Source of the DNA: Chrysomallon squamiferum
Taxonomy: Eukaryota; Animalia; Mollusca
Assembly (NCBI GenBank): GCA_012295275.1
Contig: CM022679.1
Span: 31,062,001-31,126,000, forward strand
Direction of reading: 5' to 3'
DNA length: 64,000 bases
A program made the translations under genes and the position numbers. The notes below the pieces were generated by a model, which searched no databases, was not told where the DNA came from, and was given only the letters and a program-made list of their open reading frames with translations. This document shows, piece by piece, positions 57,882-64,000 of this stretch. Numbering within the stretch: position 1 is the stretch's first letter; each line of letters starts with the position of its first letter.

Positions 57882-60561
57882 CTGTTTTTCTATCTTTCTA
57901 TTTATCTACTTTTTCTACATTAAATGAAATGACATTCAAAAAGTATATTAATGATTATAATATATGAAGTTACTATAGGATGATTGTTCTATGAAATCAA
58001 ACAGGTTTCACTCTTTCATTCTTTTGTATCAACACTGAACTTTTCCTGTGTGTAGAAACAGCACGTTACAGCCCATTACTGTAAAACGGAATGTTACGAA
58101 ATTAATACAAAAAATACTGCTTTGATTTGAATTACGTTGTCCTGTATTTGGGGTACGTAGAGTTTTGTATGATAGTGGTTAAAAATCAGTTAAACATTCC
58201 TAAAACATTCGATCTGAATACAGTGAAGGTTCTTTAACCGAACGAAATTCATCTCAACTGATTTTGAATTGCACCCTCCATGACGACTTCACAGATTGCC
58301 AACTTTCTTGTAATTCTGAAACATGGTAACACAGGCAAGATTTGTGGGTTAAACTGATAATGTTACAATTGGACACTACAGAGTTATAATTCTAAAGGGT
58401 TCTATTAACTACGAACAGAATATATCAATGCCAAAACCGTTGATTTTTATCACCACATGTTCAGACGAAATTTGCCCAAGTGGTGCAGTAAACCATCTCC
58501 ACACTCTTTATGTAGTTATGACATATTAATCACACTTGTTTTATTCTTCTTAACGTTCTAATTGTTTTTATGTTTTATTTATTCTCAACAAAAATTTAGT
58601 ATGACATAATAATATTTTATTGTTATATCTATTGAGAAATGAGGTTACTTTATTATTAGCTTATATGTTGTTGTTTTTTCATCTTAACTGAATACAAATT
58701 CTTCCATTTACTGAAATCTTCGTCATGTCATTCACATTATTTTTACAAAGTTCTGAAAATGTCTTGTTGATAATATAAAGCTGTTTCATCATTCTCGTAT
58801 TGAATAAAACAAGTTGAATTCATCAAAGGAGAAATATTTTTATAGCAGATAGGAAATAAAAAAATTAAATTAAAATCGTGAATTGAGATAAAAAAGAAAG
58901 TACGAGTTGCTGAACAGTCAGACAGTTAGCTTATATTTCAACCGCTGCAACGTGTTTTTATGTTTTCTCTCTCTCACACACACACGCACAGACGTATTAT
59001 AGATGGTTTCTAATCGTTTTATCTTCTTTTACTATTATCTTTCTTTTTTCTCTTTTTTCCTTATCTTTTAATTATTTTGTGGTTTTTTCGTAGACACATA
59101 TATCATTATCAGTATTATTATATATTAGTATCGTTTCATCTTGTTTTATTATTTTCACAATTTACAAAAAAAAAAAAAATAATATTAATTTATCAAATAA
59201 ATAATTGTACAGAGAATATAACATTTTTGCATAGACAGATATATAAAACTGTCAGTTTTACGAGTTTGTGTTTTATGTTTTTGAAACTGTCATATTTTTC
59301 TTTTTAAATTTGTCTATTCTCTGTTATTATTAATGCAGTAGAGGTAGTTAAATTAATATCTCTTGTTTATTTCATTTATTCTCCTATTTATTGTTTATTT
59401 CTTATCGTTTCTTTTTTTTTCTTCTTCTTTTTTTCTGCTGTCCGATAATAGCATTCAGACGTTTCAGTAAATATCAATTCGTGCATTATTATTACTGCAT
59501 ACTTTCTATTTATGCAGCATTAACACGTATCTCCATACATACAAAGTGATACAGATGTAGACACAAACGTTCGTACATTTCATGCACAGATACATACTCA
59601 ATCCGTGATTTTATGTTCAGCCTGATTTTATGTTCAGCCTGACCTAACTTAGATAAGAAAAAATATATTTCATTTATACGTCAGAGCGCATGGCTCGCCT
59701 AATCAGGCTGAAAATAAAAACAAAAATATTTTACTCAGTGCAACTTTTCTTTAACGTCAGTTTGACATTGTTTCTAATATTCAGATTCGAAATCACAGAC
59801 ATAAAGTCTCTTATCCTTTGAGGTTCAGGTGCTTCTAGCTTTCGTAGGATAAATTAACATTAAATTGCTGGACGTATTCCAAGTTTATTACACCATCAAT
59901 GAAAAAAAAGGAGATTATTAAAGACATACATACATAAATACATACATAAATACATACATATATACATATATACATTCATAATTTCTCCATTTCAGTTAAT
60001 GATTCATTCACGTTTTATAGTTTTCTGTCACAGTACAGAGTAACATGATATTCATACTAAATGTTTTATTACGTTTGTGCAACACTTTTACTATCTGTTC
60101 AATCGATACTGTAGTATTCTTTCAGCTAGATTATTGAATACTTAAACTATTTTTGGTAACATATATGAACTTTTTAATTATTTTCATATCATTACTATAT
60201 ATCTTGATACAGTTATTACAGTTAAAGATAATAAATGTCTAGAATAAATGTTAGTTATTACATATGTAAAACGTTAAAAAAACATGACAGACTAATATTG
60301 TCATTTTAATTTTTCAGTTTTCTGCTCTGTATTATATTAGGACATAAACACAGACACACACACACACACACACACACAGATAACGAGAACAAATGTTTGT
60401 AACGTGAAAAAAATGAATAAATAAAATAATTGAGGAGATGTTTTGCATTGTAATTGAAAAATGCATAAAAAGATATTCTGCTTGAAACAATCAGCAATAA
60501 AAAACCCACAATATTTATTTATTTATTTATTTATTTAATTAATTTATTATTATTATTATTA

Positions 60562-60608
<47 letters not shown>

Positions 60609-60617
60609 CTATTTGAG

Positions 60618-60740
60618 GTTACACTGGAAGTTCGTGTACAAAAGAAACAATGCCATCATGTGCGTGTAAAAATGGCGGAAAATGCTTATCTCGCGTCTGC
60701 CACTGTTCACAAGGATTTACTGGGAAACACTGTGATTTAA
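60618..60740 (+). pseudogene. Orphan EGF-like domain exon fragment
   Basis: After an AG at 60616-60617 reads (G)YTGSSCTKETMPSCACKNGGKCLSRVCHCSQGFTGKHCDL, with C-x-N-G-G-x-C and C-x-C-x2-G-F-T-G-x2-C EGF motifs. No clear donor; runs into a repeated flank sequence. Confidence 0.7.
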
Positions 60741-61026
60741 TGTTGTTCTGTTTAAATTTAATCCATCTCATACATTATGAAATTTAAAAGACTTATTGTA
60801 ACTACAAATAATAATATTATTATTTTAACTGATCTTCTGTCACACAAACGTTTCATGTAAACTATGCTTCAATGTATTGTTGTTGTTATAATGTATACTT
60901 CTTTAGTATAATTATTCGTTAGTATTACTGTTGTATTTTCTGTTTTCTAAATAATTACTGCATCAGTTGTATGCTAAAAGATCATATATGTTTCGAAATA
61001 GATAAATAGAGAATTATACAGAAACT

Positions 61027-61182
<156 letters not shown>

Positions 61183-61194
61183 AGAGAAAGACAC

Positions 61195-61300
<106 letters not shown>

Positions 61301-61644
61301 TGTTTCATTCCCTCGCTTTTAAATAGCTAAAATAGATTCATAATAGTCACTTCAGTGTTTTACATTAGCACTTTATTATCTCCTTAGCGTGTAACATCTT
61401 TCTCTTTTAACAGTTCACTCGTCGCTCTGAAGTAAAATCAATAAATAAATGTATATAATGTAAATAAGTAAATAAACAAATAAATAATAACGAGTTGCTT
61501 ATAACTAAACTGTTTCGAAATTTTGATCATTATACAGTCATTCTTGTGCAGATCTAGTTTTCTCCATGTCTCAGATATATATTTATCTTTGTTTTCTGAT
61601 GTTAATGTGGACTTAAAACATATTTGACTTACTTGCGAGGATCC

Positions 61645-63913
<2,269 letters not shown>

Positions 63914-64000
63914 CTGTTAAAAAACAAAATAGAATCAGGCGAATAATTTAGCTGTTCAAAAATATGAATTCATCTTTTTCCAGTTATTTGACTAGTCCAT

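Overview
Very AT-rich, microsatellite-dense animal genomic DNA (invertebrate; mollusc-like is only a guess) with a 200-N gap at 27637-27836. Nearly all ORFs in the supplied track are microsatellite or low-complexity artefacts. Reading splice sites by hand shows a cluster of at least six paralogous micro-exon genes on both strands, plus a headless remnant. Each intact gene has a phase-2 signal-peptide exon (M-F/S-A-x-KLQIILLxIIxGSVQVEL...), then alternating 15/21/24-nt and 30-nt phase-2 micro-exons embedded in highly conserved ~1.2-kb repeated intron modules, a short stop-carrying exon, and a 3'-terminal exon with AATAAA. Spliced in order they give small secreted precursors with repeated x-x-G-R amidation/cleavage sites. 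Predicted peptides include AAFLPGWamide, ...LPYFPRWamide, ...FPYYLRPamide, ...GSQYFRFamide, ...YPFYRFamide, TSKGNIRFamide and SVPYPRNamide. Each peptide is split by an intron immediately before its amidated C-terminal dipeptide, and the exons are far more variable than the introns, suggesting a combinatorial neuropeptide- or venom-peptide library. Also present: two copies of a Tc1/mariner fragment, large direct and inverted duplications, and an orphan EGF-like exon. All gene models are manual inferences without transcript support.
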